NCBI GenBank assembly: GCA_965140585.1
Contig: OZ223270.1
Location: 544,001-608,000 of the forward strand
DNA length: 64,000 nt
Origin: Spirochaetia bacterium
GTDB taxonomy: Bacteria; Spirochaetota; Spirochaetia; UBA9216
Reading direction: 5' to 3'
Positions 20,007 to 30,150 of the stretch are shown in pieces. Position 1 is the first letter of the stretch; every line of letters begins with the position of its first letter. Below the pieces are notes generated by a model. That model was not told the DNA's origin. It saw only the letters and a list, made by a program, of their open reading frames with translations, and searched no databases. The translations under genes and the position numbers were made by a program.

Positions 20007-21992
20007 ATGCAAATTGAAAAAGTTGAAATTAAAAACTTTCGTTCTATCAGGAAAGAAGAGATCGGATTCGATCTTCTCACCACTTTCATTGGAAGAAACG
20101 GTGTTGGCAAATCGACAGTCCTGCATGCTATCGAGTTTTTTTATACAATCAATGCGAAAATAGACATCGAGGATTTTCACGCAAAAGATACAAGCCAACC
20201 TATTTCTGTAGCAATTACTTACTCAGGTCTTTCTAATGCTGAGGCGAAGGAGTTTGCTTCTTATATCGCTGATAGTCGACTTACAGTGAAAAAGATGGCG
20301 TCTATTGAGAACGGCGAGGTTTCGCAGAAGTACTATGGAACGAGTTTGCAGATACCGCAATTCGCTGATGTTCTTTCACACAGTAAAAAATCTGAACAGA
20401 CTACCGCATGGAAAGAGCTTGTTGATAGCGGACAATTAGAAGGCTTAACGGAGAAACCTCGAGCAGCCGACGCTATTCCTCCAATCATAGAGGCATATGA
20501 GGCAACACATCCTGAACTGCGACGTCCTGTAGAAAGGGAACAGCAGTTCTTTGGTCCTAGCAATGTGGGAGGAGGTAAGCTCGATAAGTATACGAAATTT
20601 GTGCTCGTCCCTGCGGTGCGAGAAGCCGCTGATGAATTGACAGATCGAAAAGGGGCTGTCACCAAGCTACTTGAGATGATTGTCTCGAGAAAAGTAAACT
20701 CACGTTCTGATATTATTAAATTCAAGAAAGAGTTCAATGAAAAATTGGAGACTCTTTTCTCTTCGGAGAATCTCTCCGAACTCCCTGAATTGGCAGAAGA
20801 TATCACAAAAACGTTGGAGCTCTATGCACCAGGTACCGTTCTTCACCTTGAGTGGGAAGATCCCTCACTGCCTGAAATCAAGATTCCAGGAACTCTTGCA
20901 TCTGTGGAGGAGGATGGATTTCAATCTGATATTTCCCGAAAAGGTCATGGACTTCAAAGATCGCTTATTCTGAGTTTGCTTCACCACCTCGCATTGTCGA
21001 CTCCTGTTTCAGAGTCCGTCGAGGAAGAAGATGGGGGTGAAGAGGATCCAGAGATTGTTGATGATAGAATGGATCTTATTTTAGCTATTGAGGAACCGGA
21101 ATTATACCAACATCCGTTGAGGAGCAGATTTCTCGTCTCCGTCCTCCGGGAACTGGCAAAACCTCAGGAAAACGATTCTGTTTCTGCTAACCAAATAATT
21201 TACACAAGTCATTCACCTTACTTTGTTGACCTCCGGCAGTTTGATAACCTTCGTGTAGTCCGAAAAATTGAGCAAGATATAGCTGAAGGAAGACCGGCCG
21301 AAACGAAAGTCCATTACTTTTCGACCTCTCAAGCAGCTGCCCGACTCCAAGAAATATGTCCTGATGTTAGAGAGAGCTTTACACCTGAGTCGTTCCTTGC
21401 CCATACAATGCCAGTGATGAACACGATTGTGAATGAGGGATTTTTCGCTGATGTGGTCCTCCTCGTCGAAGGGAACACCGAAGCCGCTCTTTTTTCCGCG
21501 CTTCAGGATGTACACTCAAGGAGTTGGTCACAACTTGGGATAGCAGTGGTTCCAGCATTTGGAAAAAACAATATTGATCGCCCTACTATTGTCTTTCGAG
21601 GTCTTGGTATTCCCACATACATCGTATTTGACGGTGACAAGTCCTGTGAAGGCAAAGATAGCGAGGCAAACACACGAGCAAAGAATATGCGTTACATGCG
21701 ACTTGTTGGTGTAGAACCTGAAGGTTTTCCAAGAACACGAATCGAAGAGTCCTGGGCGGTTCTGGAAGACAAGACAGAGACTACCCTAAAGGCAGATCTT
21801 GGAACAGATATCTATACATCATTAAGAGCGAGGGTTGCAGAACAGCTTGGGTATGATAAACCTTCAGCAGTTTTAAAGAATAGTGAAGGCACCTACCTCT
21901 TTGTTACATGGCTATATGCTGAAGGCCATCGGCTTTCGACATTCGAACAAATTATACAAAGGGTGGAAAGAATGCAGCCTATGGGCAACTAA
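20007..21992 (+). CDS. OLD-family ATP-dependent endonuclease (ABC ATPase plus TOPRIM)
   Basis: GRNGVGKS Walker A, AIEEPELYQHP, SHSPY, VLLVEGNTE and VFDGD TOPRIM motifs. Confidence 0.9.
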   Translation: MQIEKVEIKNFRSIRKEEIGFDLLTTFIGRNGVGKSTVLHAIEFFYTINAKIDIEDFHAKDTSQPISVAITYSGLSNAEAKEFASYIADSRLTVKKMASIENGEVSQKYYGTSLQIPQFADVLSHSKKSEQTTAWKELVDSGQLEGLTEKPRAADAIPPIIEAYEATHPELRRPVEREQQFFGPSNVGGGKLDKYTKFVLVPAVREAADELTDRKGAVTKLLEMIVSRKVNSRSDIIKFKKEFNEKLETLFSSENLSELPELAEDITKTLELYAPGTVLHLEWEDPSLPEIKIPGTLASVEEDGFQSDISRKGHGLQRSLILSLLHHLALSTPVSESVEEEDGGEEDPEIVDDRMDLILAIEEPELYQHPLRSRFLVSVLRELAKPQENDSVSANQIIYTSHSPYFVDLRQFDNLRVVRKIEQDIAEGRPAETKVHYFSTSQAAARLQEICPDVRESFTPESFLAHTMPVMNTIVNEGFFADVVLLVEGNTEAALFSALQDVHSRSWSQLGIAVVPAFGKNNIDRPTIVFRGLGIPTYIVFDGDKSCEGKDSEANTRAKNMRYMRLVGVEPEGFPRTRIEESWAVLEDKTETTLKADLGTDIYTSLRARVAEQLGYDKPSAVLKNSEGTYLFVTWLYAEGHRLSTFEQIIQRVERMQPMGN

Positions 21993-22103
21993 AGCATGTG
22001 AGTTATTTTGCCATTGCTTAATCAAAAGTCTACTTAAATAAAAATTCATGCTTATTGAAAGGGCAATATATTACACAATAATTTATGTGAGAGAGATGAT
22101 GAC

Positions 22104-22532
22104 ATGACAGAGGATGAGAGATGGAATTATTTAGTTAAACTTGATGAGGAATTGCTCATCGGGGGAGTAATACTTTCCGAATGGTGTACTTTTATTGTAA
22201 AGGAGGCTGATACAGCATTTGCAAAAGGAGCATTTTTAGCGTCATTGCTTACTGTTGTTTCTGGAATAGAGACTTATCTGCGCTCAGAATATGAAGCTAA
22301 CGATAAGTCATCGTTATATGAACTGATAGAAAATGCATCATTGGGTGAAGAGCTTATTCAAGAATTACATAGTCTACGAAAATATAGAAATAAATGGGTT
22401 CATGTTAATCACCCTTGGGAGGATGAAGAGATTATTCAAAATCCTGGAAAATATGAAAATGAAATCGAATTTAGAGCTATAGGCGCAATGAAAACCTTAA
22501 GAAAGGTATTATATGAAAATTCATGGATTTAA
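22104..22532 (+). CDS. Small HEPN-like protein
   Basis: Helical protein with N-terminal SGIE and C-terminal RNKWVH (Rx4H) motif. Confidence 0.55.
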   Translation: MTEDERWNYLVKLDEELLIGGVILSEWCTFIVKEADTAFAKGAFLASLLTVVSGIETYLRSEYEANDKSSLYELIENASLGEELIQELHSLRKYRNKWVHVNHPWEDEEIIQNPGKYENEIEFRAIGAMKTLRKVLYENSWI

Positions 22533-22719
22533 ATGCAGCATAACAACTATCCATAACAGAAAATATTCGATACGTCCGTTTACATCTGAATGATTCTAAT
22601 ACAAATTGAAATGTGATTGTTCTGTTTGAATGGAGTAATTTTCCTATAACCAGATAATGGTGAGATAGAAAATTATTCTACCAATTCTACAATAGTTGTT
22701 ATAGACTAATACTGTAATA

Positions 22720-24840
22720 ATGAAACCAACAATTTTAAAATATGAAGAAGCCAAACCATATCTTGATGAAATAATTACAAATGCTGATAACAATCGTGTC
22801 TCTTTTGGGTTCATCTGTAAAAGTGCATATCCAGAAAGTATGGAGAAGGGGTTTTTATGGGTCTTAACATTGGATGAAGTTTATGTTGGGCATTTATTAT
22901 TTGGTGGCAAATATCCAAGTTTAAAAATCTTTCAAATATATATTAATCCACGTTACCATAAAAAAGGATATGGAAAATTCCTGATTGAAAAATTTATTAC
23001 CTATTCAAAAAATTTACATGTTCAAATTATATCAGTTAAAGTTGCTGCTGAGCTTCCTGCAAATACATTTTGGATTAACTGTGGTTTTCTATTTTTTAAT
23101 CAAGAGGAGGGGCATGGAAATAGGCGCTTAGTGAACAAATATCTTTACGAAGTAGATAAGAACCAACTTTTTGAGAATGCAGGTGCAGAAGAAATAATTC
23201 CTCTTTCCAAATTGAAAAATGATAAATCTCCAATCTCAACAGTTCCAATATATGCGATTGACTTAAACGTTTTCTTTGATTATTTGAAAGATAGGGAGAA
23301 TTGTGTTTACATTACAAATCTAATTTCAATGGCCATGTCTGGTCATGTGAGGATAGTTATAACAGCTGAGTTTATTGATGAATTAAAGAGGAATTCAATT
23401 GGCGAAGATCCTGTACTACGTTTTGCAGAACAGTTTAAGCGCTTACCGGAAGTAGACGTTAATCAGCATCAAGAATTATATAATAATATCTATAATTTGA
23501 TATTTCCAGAAAAAAGGGATAAGACAAAGGTAAATGACAAATCTGATGTGAGCCATATAGTGGCATCTATTGTTAATGAGATCGATGGCTTTATAACTTC
23601 TGAGAAAAAGATTCTCAGGCAGTCAGAACATATTTTTAAAAATTACAAGTTACAAATATTGTCACCTTATGAATTGTATTCTGAGGATGGTGAAATTAAT
23701 TCTCATGCTATAGATTTAGATAGTGAAGAAATCAATTTAGAAATATTACAAAAACCTTTTAATAATAATTCTAATCCTTTCATAGAACTATTATCACCTC
23801 GTGCATTAACAGAAATAAAGCAGTCTGATTATGAATATATACATAGCGTTAATGTGAGTGAAAATTGTATGGGGGTAATTGGAATTCAAAGAGTTCAGCA
23901 AAGGGTTTGTTTAATCAATGCTTTATTATTACTTGATGACAGTGCACCTAATATTTATTTGCTTATCGATAAATGTATGGATTTCATTTACGAATACGCA
24001 GCAAAGAAAGAGTATTGTCAATTATGTATTAAAGTGAAAAAGGATTCAGATGTTATGATTCAAACCCTTCAAGATCAATTATTCTTACGAAGTAATACTA
24101 ATCATGAGTTCTTTTCTGAGTATGTCCGATTATTTGTAAACAAACAGATATTTCGGCAAGATTGGGAGCATCTTAATTCAATCTTGGAGTATTCTTTGAA
24201 TTTAAAAGGACCCAATCATTTCCCATCTTATGATGAAATGATAAACAGTAGAATCGTTTTCTCAAAATCTAACATGAAGAAATATGGAATTAATTTGTTC
24301 GATTTTGAAACCTTCTTTTATCCCACAATTTTAATGTGCTCGAAGAGACCTGGAGTGATTATTCCAATTCACAAGAATTTTATTGAAGCATTTTTCCCGA
24401 AGCATATCAGTCAAGATGATTTATTTCCACATCATAGTGCATCTGTTTCTTGTGAAAAAGTATACTATAGGGCGCCTAAAAAGAGTACACATTTAGAAAA
24501 AGGTAAACTTGCTTTCTTTTACGAATCTGGGTTTAAAGGTGGCGCAAAAAAGATAATTGGATATGGCAGAATAACATCATCCCAGATTGTAGATATAGAT
24601 GTTTTAAATAATAAATTTTATCGACAAGGAGTTCTATCCGAAATAAGTATAGAGGGACTTGCTACAAATGGAAAAATCCAAGTGATTACATTTAGCAATT
24701 TTCGGATATTTAAACATCCTGTTAGTTATAATTTATTAGAAAAAGAAAAAATAGTTACAGGTGCAAGATTAGTGACGGCGCAGGGAATAGATTTTAAGGA
24801 TGTAAATAAAATCATGAAATACGGAAATAATGGAGCTTAA
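22720..24840 (+). CDS. GNAT-PIN-(GNAT-like)-ASCH/EVE-like fusion protein
   Basis: YHKKGYGKFLI and ANTFW..CGF (GNAT); AIDLNVFFD, DVSH, FITSE (PIN); KVYYR...AFFYES...IIGYG (PUA/EVE-like). Confidence 0.75.
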   Translation: MKPTILKYEEAKPYLDEIITNADNNRVSFGFICKSAYPESMEKGFLWVLTLDEVYVGHLLFGGKYPSLKIFQIYINPRYHKKGYGKFLIEKFITYSKNLHVQIISVKVAAELPANTFWINCGFLFFNQEEGHGNRRLVNKYLYEVDKNQLFENAGAEEIIPLSKLKNDKSPISTVPIYAIDLNVFFDYLKDRENCVYITNLISMAMSGHVRIVITAEFIDELKRNSIGEDPVLRFAEQFKRLPEVDVNQHQELYNNIYNLIFPEKRDKTKVNDKSDVSHIVASIVNEIDGFITSEKKILRQSEHIFKNYKLQILSPYELYSEDGEINSHAIDLDSEEINLEILQKPFNNNSNPFIELLSPRALTEIKQSDYEYIHSVNVSENCMGVIGIQRVQQRVCLINALLLLDDSAPNIYLLIDKCMDFIYEYAAKKEYCQLCIKVKKDSDVMIQTLQDQLFLRSNTNHEFFSEYVRLFVNKQIFRQDWEHLNSILEYSLNLKGPNHFPSYDEMINSRIVFSKSNMKKYGINLFDFETFFYPTILMCSKRPGVIIPIHKNFIEAFFPKHISQDDLFPHHSASVSCEKVYYRAPKKSTHLEKGKLAFFYESGFKGGAKKIIGYGRITSSQIVDIDVLNNKFYRQGVLSEISIEGLATNGKIQVITFSNFRIFKHPVSYNLLEKEKIVTGARLVTAQGIDFKDVNKIMKYGNNGA

Positions 24841-24842
24841 CT

Positions 24843-25265
24843 ATGGAAATCATGTTGTCTATCAAACCAAAATATATTCAAAAGATTCTTGCTGGAGAGA
24901 AAACTGTTGAGATTCGTTGCAGGAAAATGAATTTGCCAGTAAATACAAAGATTTGGTTATACTCTTCTTCTCCTGAAAAATCTATTGTAGGAAGGGCATC
25001 TGTTCTTGATTATAAATATGAAAAAAGAGAAGAAATCTGGTCAAATCATTTTGTTGAAACAGCAATTGATTCGGATGAGTATAGTCAGTATACAAAAAAC
25101 AATGAGAAAGTAAGTGCAATTTTTTTAGGAAATGTACAACCTTTAAAAGAAAAAGTTCCACTTGATGTTGTAAGAACTGAAATAAAGGGATTCCAGCCAC
25201 CACAATTTTATAAAATCATAGAAAGCAATTCCATATTAAATTCAGATTCTGAGTTCATTTCATAG
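24843..25265 (+). CDS. ASCH domain protein
   Basis: LSIKPKYIQKILAGEKTVEIR, YSSSPEKSIVG, PPQF. Confidence 0.88.
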   Translation: MEIMLSIKPKYIQKILAGEKTVEIRCRKMNLPVNTKIWLYSSSPEKSIVGRASVLDYKYEKREEIWSNHFVETAIDSDEYSQYTKNNEKVSAIFLGNVQPLKEKVPLDVVRTEIKGFQPPQFYKIIESNSILNSDSEFIS

Positions 25266-25399
25266 TTCCTTCCATTGGGGAAATTTTTAGTGTTGCTTCT
25301 GCAATAGTGACACAAACTTGTCCCAACGATAGAACACACATTCTGAATGTGGAAAAGTTGCTACGTTAAAACCCTTCACACACATTCCTGTCTCTATGG

Positions 25400-26516
25400 C
25401 GTGCTATGGCTTTTTCAACTTTCAAGCACTCGAGCGGTAATATGAATGATGGAGGCCTCCTAAAACAGAGTCTTTTTTAATTGCCCCAATACCTAGAGGG
25501 TGATTCCCTACAGGAATTCCACCAACACCTTGATGGGGACGTAGGTGATTATAATAGGAAACATATGATTTTATAATATTCCGAACCTGCTTCTCTGAAA
25601 ACAGAAGAAAATGATCCAGAGCTTCTCGTCGAATTGAACCGTTCAATCTTTCGACATATGCATTCATATTCGGAGCATAAGGACAGATATTCACTCCTGT
25701 AATTCCAAACCAACTATAATCGATAGATGTAAACTGTGCAGCATTGTCATGAATCAATGTCTTCTGTCCCTGAATATCCTCGGAAAACAGCTCAATCCGT
25801 TGTTTTACAAACTCCCGACATGGATTTTCAGTTAAATCTGACCGGATTATCTTTCTGGATTTCAGTTCAAGGATTATTAGCAGAAATAATCTTTTGCCGA
25901 ATAGTGTGTCTATGGTCAAAAAGTCCATTGCAAACAAGGAATTCCAGTGGCTTTTAAGAAACTTTTTCCATGATCCTACCGGATGAATCTTACCCTGCTT
26001 TCTATATACTTGAATTATTCTATTCACTGTAGTCGGATTCAAATCAATACTGAGCTTTTTCAATTCATCAGCTATACGATGGCAGCCCCAGAGGCTATTG
26101 TCCTGTTTTATCTGAAAAATGAGTTCTTTGATTTCTTTTGATACTAGCTTTCTACCCGGTTTCACATGCTTGTAGGTCCAGAAGTTTTTAATGAATCTAC
26201 GCTGCCAGTCTAGAAGAGTTGAGGGTTTGACAAGAGTTAGGTGGTTTGAAGCTCTTCTGGATAGTCAGAAAATTATGGTTAGAAACAGCCGATCCTTCAT
26301 TCTCATGTTTGAATGCAGCTTTTGGCGATTTATCTGCCGTCTATAAACTTGATTCTCTTTTTTCAATGCCATCAAGGTGAAGATTAAGTCCTTGCGGTTG
26401 GAAAACAGGATTTTGAGCAAAGAATGGAGTAGAGTAGTCAGGAATTCAAACATACTTTATTATCGGCAGATGTAAAATGGAAAAATTTCCACATTAGTCG
26501 AAAAAGCCATAGCATG
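25400..26516 (-). mobile_element. Insertion sequence copy A (1117 bp, DDE rve-type transposase with a nonsense mutation)
   Basis: Inverted repeats CGTGCTATGGCTTTTTCAACT and AGTCGAAAAAGCCATAGCATG; same length as copy B. Confidence 0.85.
25422..26453 (-). pseudogene. Transposase split by an in-frame TGA at 26265-26267
   Basis: The 62-aa and 247-aa ORFs are in the same frame and align to the 343-aa copy B protein. Confidence 0.85.
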
Positions 26517-26591
26517 ACCCAGGCGTGGAGGGGTGCAGGAATTATCCAGACAGGCCAGAGAAGAAGCTATGACTCTGGCCAGCCTGACCGA

Positions 26592-27335
26592 TTAGGAATA
26601 GTCCCAGCGGAAAAATTTTAATGATAAGAATACTCCCAGAATCATCATTACCAGTAATAGGGCTATCTGAATGGGGAAGGCTCTGAAGGGCTGCCCCTGA
26701 CTAATTCCATTCAGCAATACAATCCCCTGCCGCAAAGGGAGCAGTGAAGCGGCTTTCTGCAGCCAGTCCGGGAACACAGAATATGGAATGGTGGTGCCGG
26801 AGAAGAGCAGCATAGGAAAGTAGAGTATGCTACAGAGAACCCCGGCCTGTTTACTGTCCTTCGCCAAACTGGCGACAGTCATTCCCAAAGCGAAAATGGA
26901 AGCCAATACAAGCATCCAGGCTAAGGCAATAGACATAAAAGCACCCACAGGTTTGATCCCAAACAATAGAATTGCTATTAATGCAGTTAAAAGAGATGAA
27001 ATAAGGGCTACCAGGAATTGTACCACCAGTTGAACCGATAGCAATAACCAGGGGGATGCGGGCGTAACCTGCAGCCTCTTAAGCACTTTCTTTTCCCGGT
27101 AGTCCGACAGAACTATAGGCAGCCCCATCAGTCCAACGGCGCATATTCCAATGGAAATTAATGCCCCAAAGGTCATTTCCAGCATGCTGCTAAATCCTTC
27201 AGGTGGATTATTGCGGTAAATCCATCCGATCAAAAGAGTTATTACAACAGGCATTATCAGGACAAATAGCATAACATCAGGGCTTCTTAAACTTAATTTC
27301 AATTCAATAGAACTCAATTTAAAGAATCGTTTCAC
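26592..27335 (-). CDS. ABC-2 type transporter permease
   Basis: Six TM helices, YREKKVLKRLQVTP, LFSGTTIP. Confidence 0.9.
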   Translation of the reverse strand: MKRFFKLSSIELKLSLRSPDVMLFVLIMPVVITLLIGWIYRNNPPEGFSSMLEMTFGALISIGICAVGLMGLPIVLSDYREKKVLKRLQVTPASPWLLLSVQLVVQFLVALISSLLTALIAILLFGIKPVGAFMSIALAWMLVLASIFALGMTVASLAKDSKQAGVLCSILYFPMLLFSGTTIPYSVFPDWLQKAASLLPLRQGIVLLNGISQGQPFRAFPIQIALLLVMMILGVFLSLKFFRWDYS

Positions 27336-28045
27336 GCCACTCCTCCTAAGAGATTCACATAGGATTCTTCCAGATTCTTCCCTTTACCCAAACAGGTAAG
27401 TTCTTCTATGCTCCCCTCCGCTAGAATTTCTCCTTTATTAATTAAAACGGCTCTTCCACAAAGAGTTTCTACTTCATCCATATAATGGGAAGTTAGAATC
27501 ACGGTGGTACCAGATTTATTAAGTTGGATAATACGCTTCCAGACATCCCTACGGGCCAGGGGATCAAGCCCTGTGGTAAGTTCATCAAGGAAAAGAAGCT
27601 CTGGTCGATGCATACATGCCAGTAATATGGATAAACGCTGCCTCTCCCCTCCTGAGCAAGACACTACAGGAGTAAGAACTTTATCCATTAGTCCGAATTC
27701 ATCCAGTAAATTCCTCCAATCAGGCTCTTCTTTGTAGAGACTGGAGATTGAATAGCACAATTCCCCCACTCGAATTCCGGCCTGATAGCTGGAATCCTGG
27801 AACTGAACGCCAACTTTCGAGAACAATGTTTTCCGGTCTGCAACAGGGTCCAGCCCCAGTATTTCCACCGATCCATGATCTTTTTTCCTTACTCCGAGAG
27901 CACATTCCAGAGCTGTACTTTTTCCGGCCCCGTTTGGTCCCAGAATTCCGAAAATCTCTCCCTTATTTACTTCAAGAGAAATTCCTTTTATCGCCTGAAG
28001 GTTCCCATAGCTTTTTTGAAGATTCTTTATTTTAAAAAATGACAT
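27332..28045 (-). CDS. ABC transporter ATPase (DrrA-like)
   Basis: GPNGAGKS, SGGERQR, LDELTTGLDP, SHYMDE. Confidence 0.93.
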   Translation of the reverse strand: MSFFKIKNLQKSYGNLQAIKGISLEVNKGEIFGILGPNGAGKSTALECALGVRKKDHGSVEILGLDPVADRKTLFSKVGVQFQDSSYQAGIRVGELCYSISSLYKEEPDWRNLLDEFGLMDKVLTPVVSCSGGERQRLSILLACMHRPELLFLDELTTGLDPLARRDVWKRIIQLNKSGTTVILTSHYMDEVETLCGRAVLINKGEILAEGSIEELTCLGKGKNLEESYVNLLGGVA

Positions 28046-28046
28046 T

Positions 28047-28871
28047 TCAAACCTCCTTTTTGATCACAGGGAGCTGGATCTCGGTCAACCATTCACGGTC
28101 CGATTCTTTATTCCAGATTCCGTCAATATAAGACTCCCTGGGATGATCAACTGGTTCGTATCCTTCCGCATCAATCCAGCTGAACAGGCGGTTATAGCTT
28201 TCACGCAAAGTGGAATAGGGGCCCATATGCATCAGGCAGGCGGCCTGCGCCACTTTCTTAATGGTCTTGAATTTCACCCTGTCCGATTCCTCGCAGGGGG
28301 CAATTACGGCCTCACAGATTTCGACATCTATATCCCTTTCCTTGTACTCACCATCGTGATAAATGGTAAAGCAGTAGAAGGGATCCCGGCAGACTGCTCC
28401 AACCGATTCCATATATTCCCCCATTTTGGGAACCACATCAAAATAGCTGTTATAATCGGGAACCCTGGTCCGCATGGAAGCCACCAGTACTTCCGGTAAA
28501 GATTTCAACAGGACTTCGTTTTTCATTTCTTTTTCTCCTTCCAATCGAACCAGATACTCCTGAACACGGTCTAAACGCTGTTTTTCCTGTTCAATGCTCT
28601 GTAGAATCTCTCCTTCCCTTTTTTTAAGAATCTGTTGGATTCTAGATTGACCTTTCATCAGGTCCTTAATTTCCGGTAGGGAGAAGCCTAGTTCTTTCAA
28701 TATTAAAATGCGGCAGATCAGTGGCAATTGCGAGGTACTGTAGTACCGGTAACCGGTCCAGTCATCTACCCTGGCAGGTAGAAGAAGGCCGATTTTTTCA
28801 TAATGCCTCAGTGTTTTTGGAGTTATCCGGTTGATTTTAGAAAATTCTCCGATGGAATACATCACATCCAT
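28047..28871 (-). CDS. MerR-family regulator with GyrI-like effector domain
   Basis: YSIGEFSKI...TLRHYEKIGLL...GYRYY; C-terminal HMGPY...PRESY...TEIQLP; start 28871 follows a GGAG Shine-Dalgarno. Confidence 0.92.
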   Translation of the reverse strand: MDVMYSIGEFSKINRITPKTLRHYEKIGLLLPARVDDWTGYRYYSTSQLPLICRILILKELGFSLPEIKDLMKGQSRIQQILKKREGEILQSIEQEKQRLDRVQEYLVRLEGEKEMKNEVLLKSLPEVLVASMRTRVPDYNSYFDVVPKMGEYMESVGAVCRDPFYCFTIYHDGEYKERDIDVEICEAVIAPCEESDRVKFKTIKKVAQAACLMHMGPYSTLRESYNRLFSWIDAEGYEPVDHPRESYIDGIWNKESDREWLTEIQLPVIKKEV

Positions 28872-28900
28872 TAAACTTCTCCTGCGCATGAGATATTTTC

Positions 28901-28931
28901 ATTATAGAGTTTGTCCCAAGGGAAGAGTCAA
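28901..28931 (-). promoter_or_regulatory. MerR-type promoter/operator with 19-bp spacer
   Basis: TTGACT-cttcccttgggacaaactc-TATAAT with a TCCC-TT-GGGA dyad in the spacer. Confidence 0.85.
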
Positions 28932-29033
28932 GAAAGAAATGAGAATTTATTTTCGGCCATTAGCCAACAGGCTGTAATGACTGTGGTAGCGTTTACGCAT
29001 TCCCATCCGGTTAAGCCATCCCAGAGGCTTGCT

Positions 29034-30150
29034 CGTGCTATGGCTTTTTACACTTTCAGGCACTCGAACGGTAATAATGGTGATGCAAGCCGCCTAAAAT
29101 CTGCTTTTTCTTAATATTTCCGAAGCAAAAATCGCTATCTCCATCGGGAATTCTATCAATTCCCTGATGGGGACGATAATGATTATAATATTCTATATAC
29201 TCCTGAATAATCTTCCGAACTTGTTTCTCAGAAAACAGCAGGAAATGGTCCAGTGATTCACGGCGGATGCTGCCGATGGTTCGTTCAATATAAGCATTCA
29301 TATTTGGTGCAGCATAAGCGGTGTTTACCCCGTTGATTCCATAATCATTGTAATCGATGGTTGTGAATTGAGGTGTATTATCATAGATTAGGGTTTTCGT
29401 ATCTGGAAATGTTTCTGTGAATAGCTGAATCCGTTGTTTGACGAATTCTCTTGTTGGTTGCTCAGTAAAATCAAAACGTACAATTCTTCTTGTTTTCAGT
29501 TCCAGAAAGAGCAGAAGATATAAACGTTTCCCAAGTAATGTGTCGATAGTCATGAAATCCATGCTGAAAAGAGAATCCCAATGTGATTTCAGAAATCTCT
29601 TCCAGCTGCCTATAGGCTGAATTTTACCTTGTTTTCTAAATGTCTGGATGATTCTGTTTACTGTCGTTGGATTAAGATCCATTCCTAATTTCTTGAGCTC
29701 GTCTGCAATTCGATGACAGCCCCAGAGCGGGTTATTGTGCTTCATTTCAAGTATTAGCTTTTTAATCTTGCTTGAAACAGGTTTTCTTCCTGGTGTTTTA
29801 TGTTTATAAATCCAGAAATTTTTGATAAATCTTCGTTGCCAGTCGAGAAGGGTAGCGGGCTTGATGATTGTGAGGTGTCTGACGGCTCGTTTTGATATAG
29901 CAGATATAATTGTGAATAGAAAACGGTCGCTTCTTCTCATTGAATCCTGTTTTAGCTTCTGATTGAGTTGGCGCTTATAAATCTGGTTTTCTTTCTTAAG
30001 AATCATCAGAGTTATGATTAAATCTTTCCGGTTGGAGAATAATATTTTAAACAGGGATGTGAGTAGATAGAGAATGAAGTTGAACATGGATGATTATATC
30101 AGGTTTTAATGTAGAAGAATTTCCACATTGCTTAAAAAAGCCACAGGACG
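29034..30150 (-). mobile_element. Insertion sequence copy B (1117 bp, intact)
   Basis: Inverted repeats CGTGCTATGGCTTTTT and AAAAAGCCACAGGACG enclosing one transposase gene. Confidence 0.88.
29056..30087 (-). CDS. DDE (rve integrase-core) transposase
   Basis: HTH (WGCHRIADELKKLG), SMDF, YDNTPQF, ERTIGSIRRE, YNHYRPHQG, GGLHHHY. Confidence 0.9.
   Translation of the reverse strand: MFNFILYLLTSLFKILFSNRKDLIITLMILKKENQIYKRQLNQKLKQDSMRRSDRFLFTIISAISKRAVRHLTIIKPATLLDWQRRFIKNFWIYKHKTPGRKPVSSKIKKLILEMKHNNPLWGCHRIADELKKLGMDLNPTTVNRIIQTFRKQGKIQPIGSWKRFLKSHWDSLFSMDFMTIDTLLGKRLYLLLFLELKTRRIVRFDFTEQPTREFVKQRIQLFTETFPDTKTLIYDNTPQFTTIDYNDYGINGVNTAYAAPNMNAYIERTIGSIRRESLDHFLLFSEKQVRKIIQEYIEYYNHYRPHQGIDRIPDGDSDFCFGNIKKKQILGGLHHHYYRSSA

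Noticed and set aside
20007-21992. Gabija, Septu or retron system
   Set aside because: No adjacent UvrD helicase, HNH nuclease or reverse transcriptase
22533-22720. Integron attC after the HEPN-like gene (GCATAAC)
   Set aside because: No matching GTTRRRY box with a complementary stem, and no intI in the window
29056-30087. Island integrase
   Set aside because: DDE/rve transposase bounded by its own inverted repeats, not a site-specific tyrosine or serine recombinase
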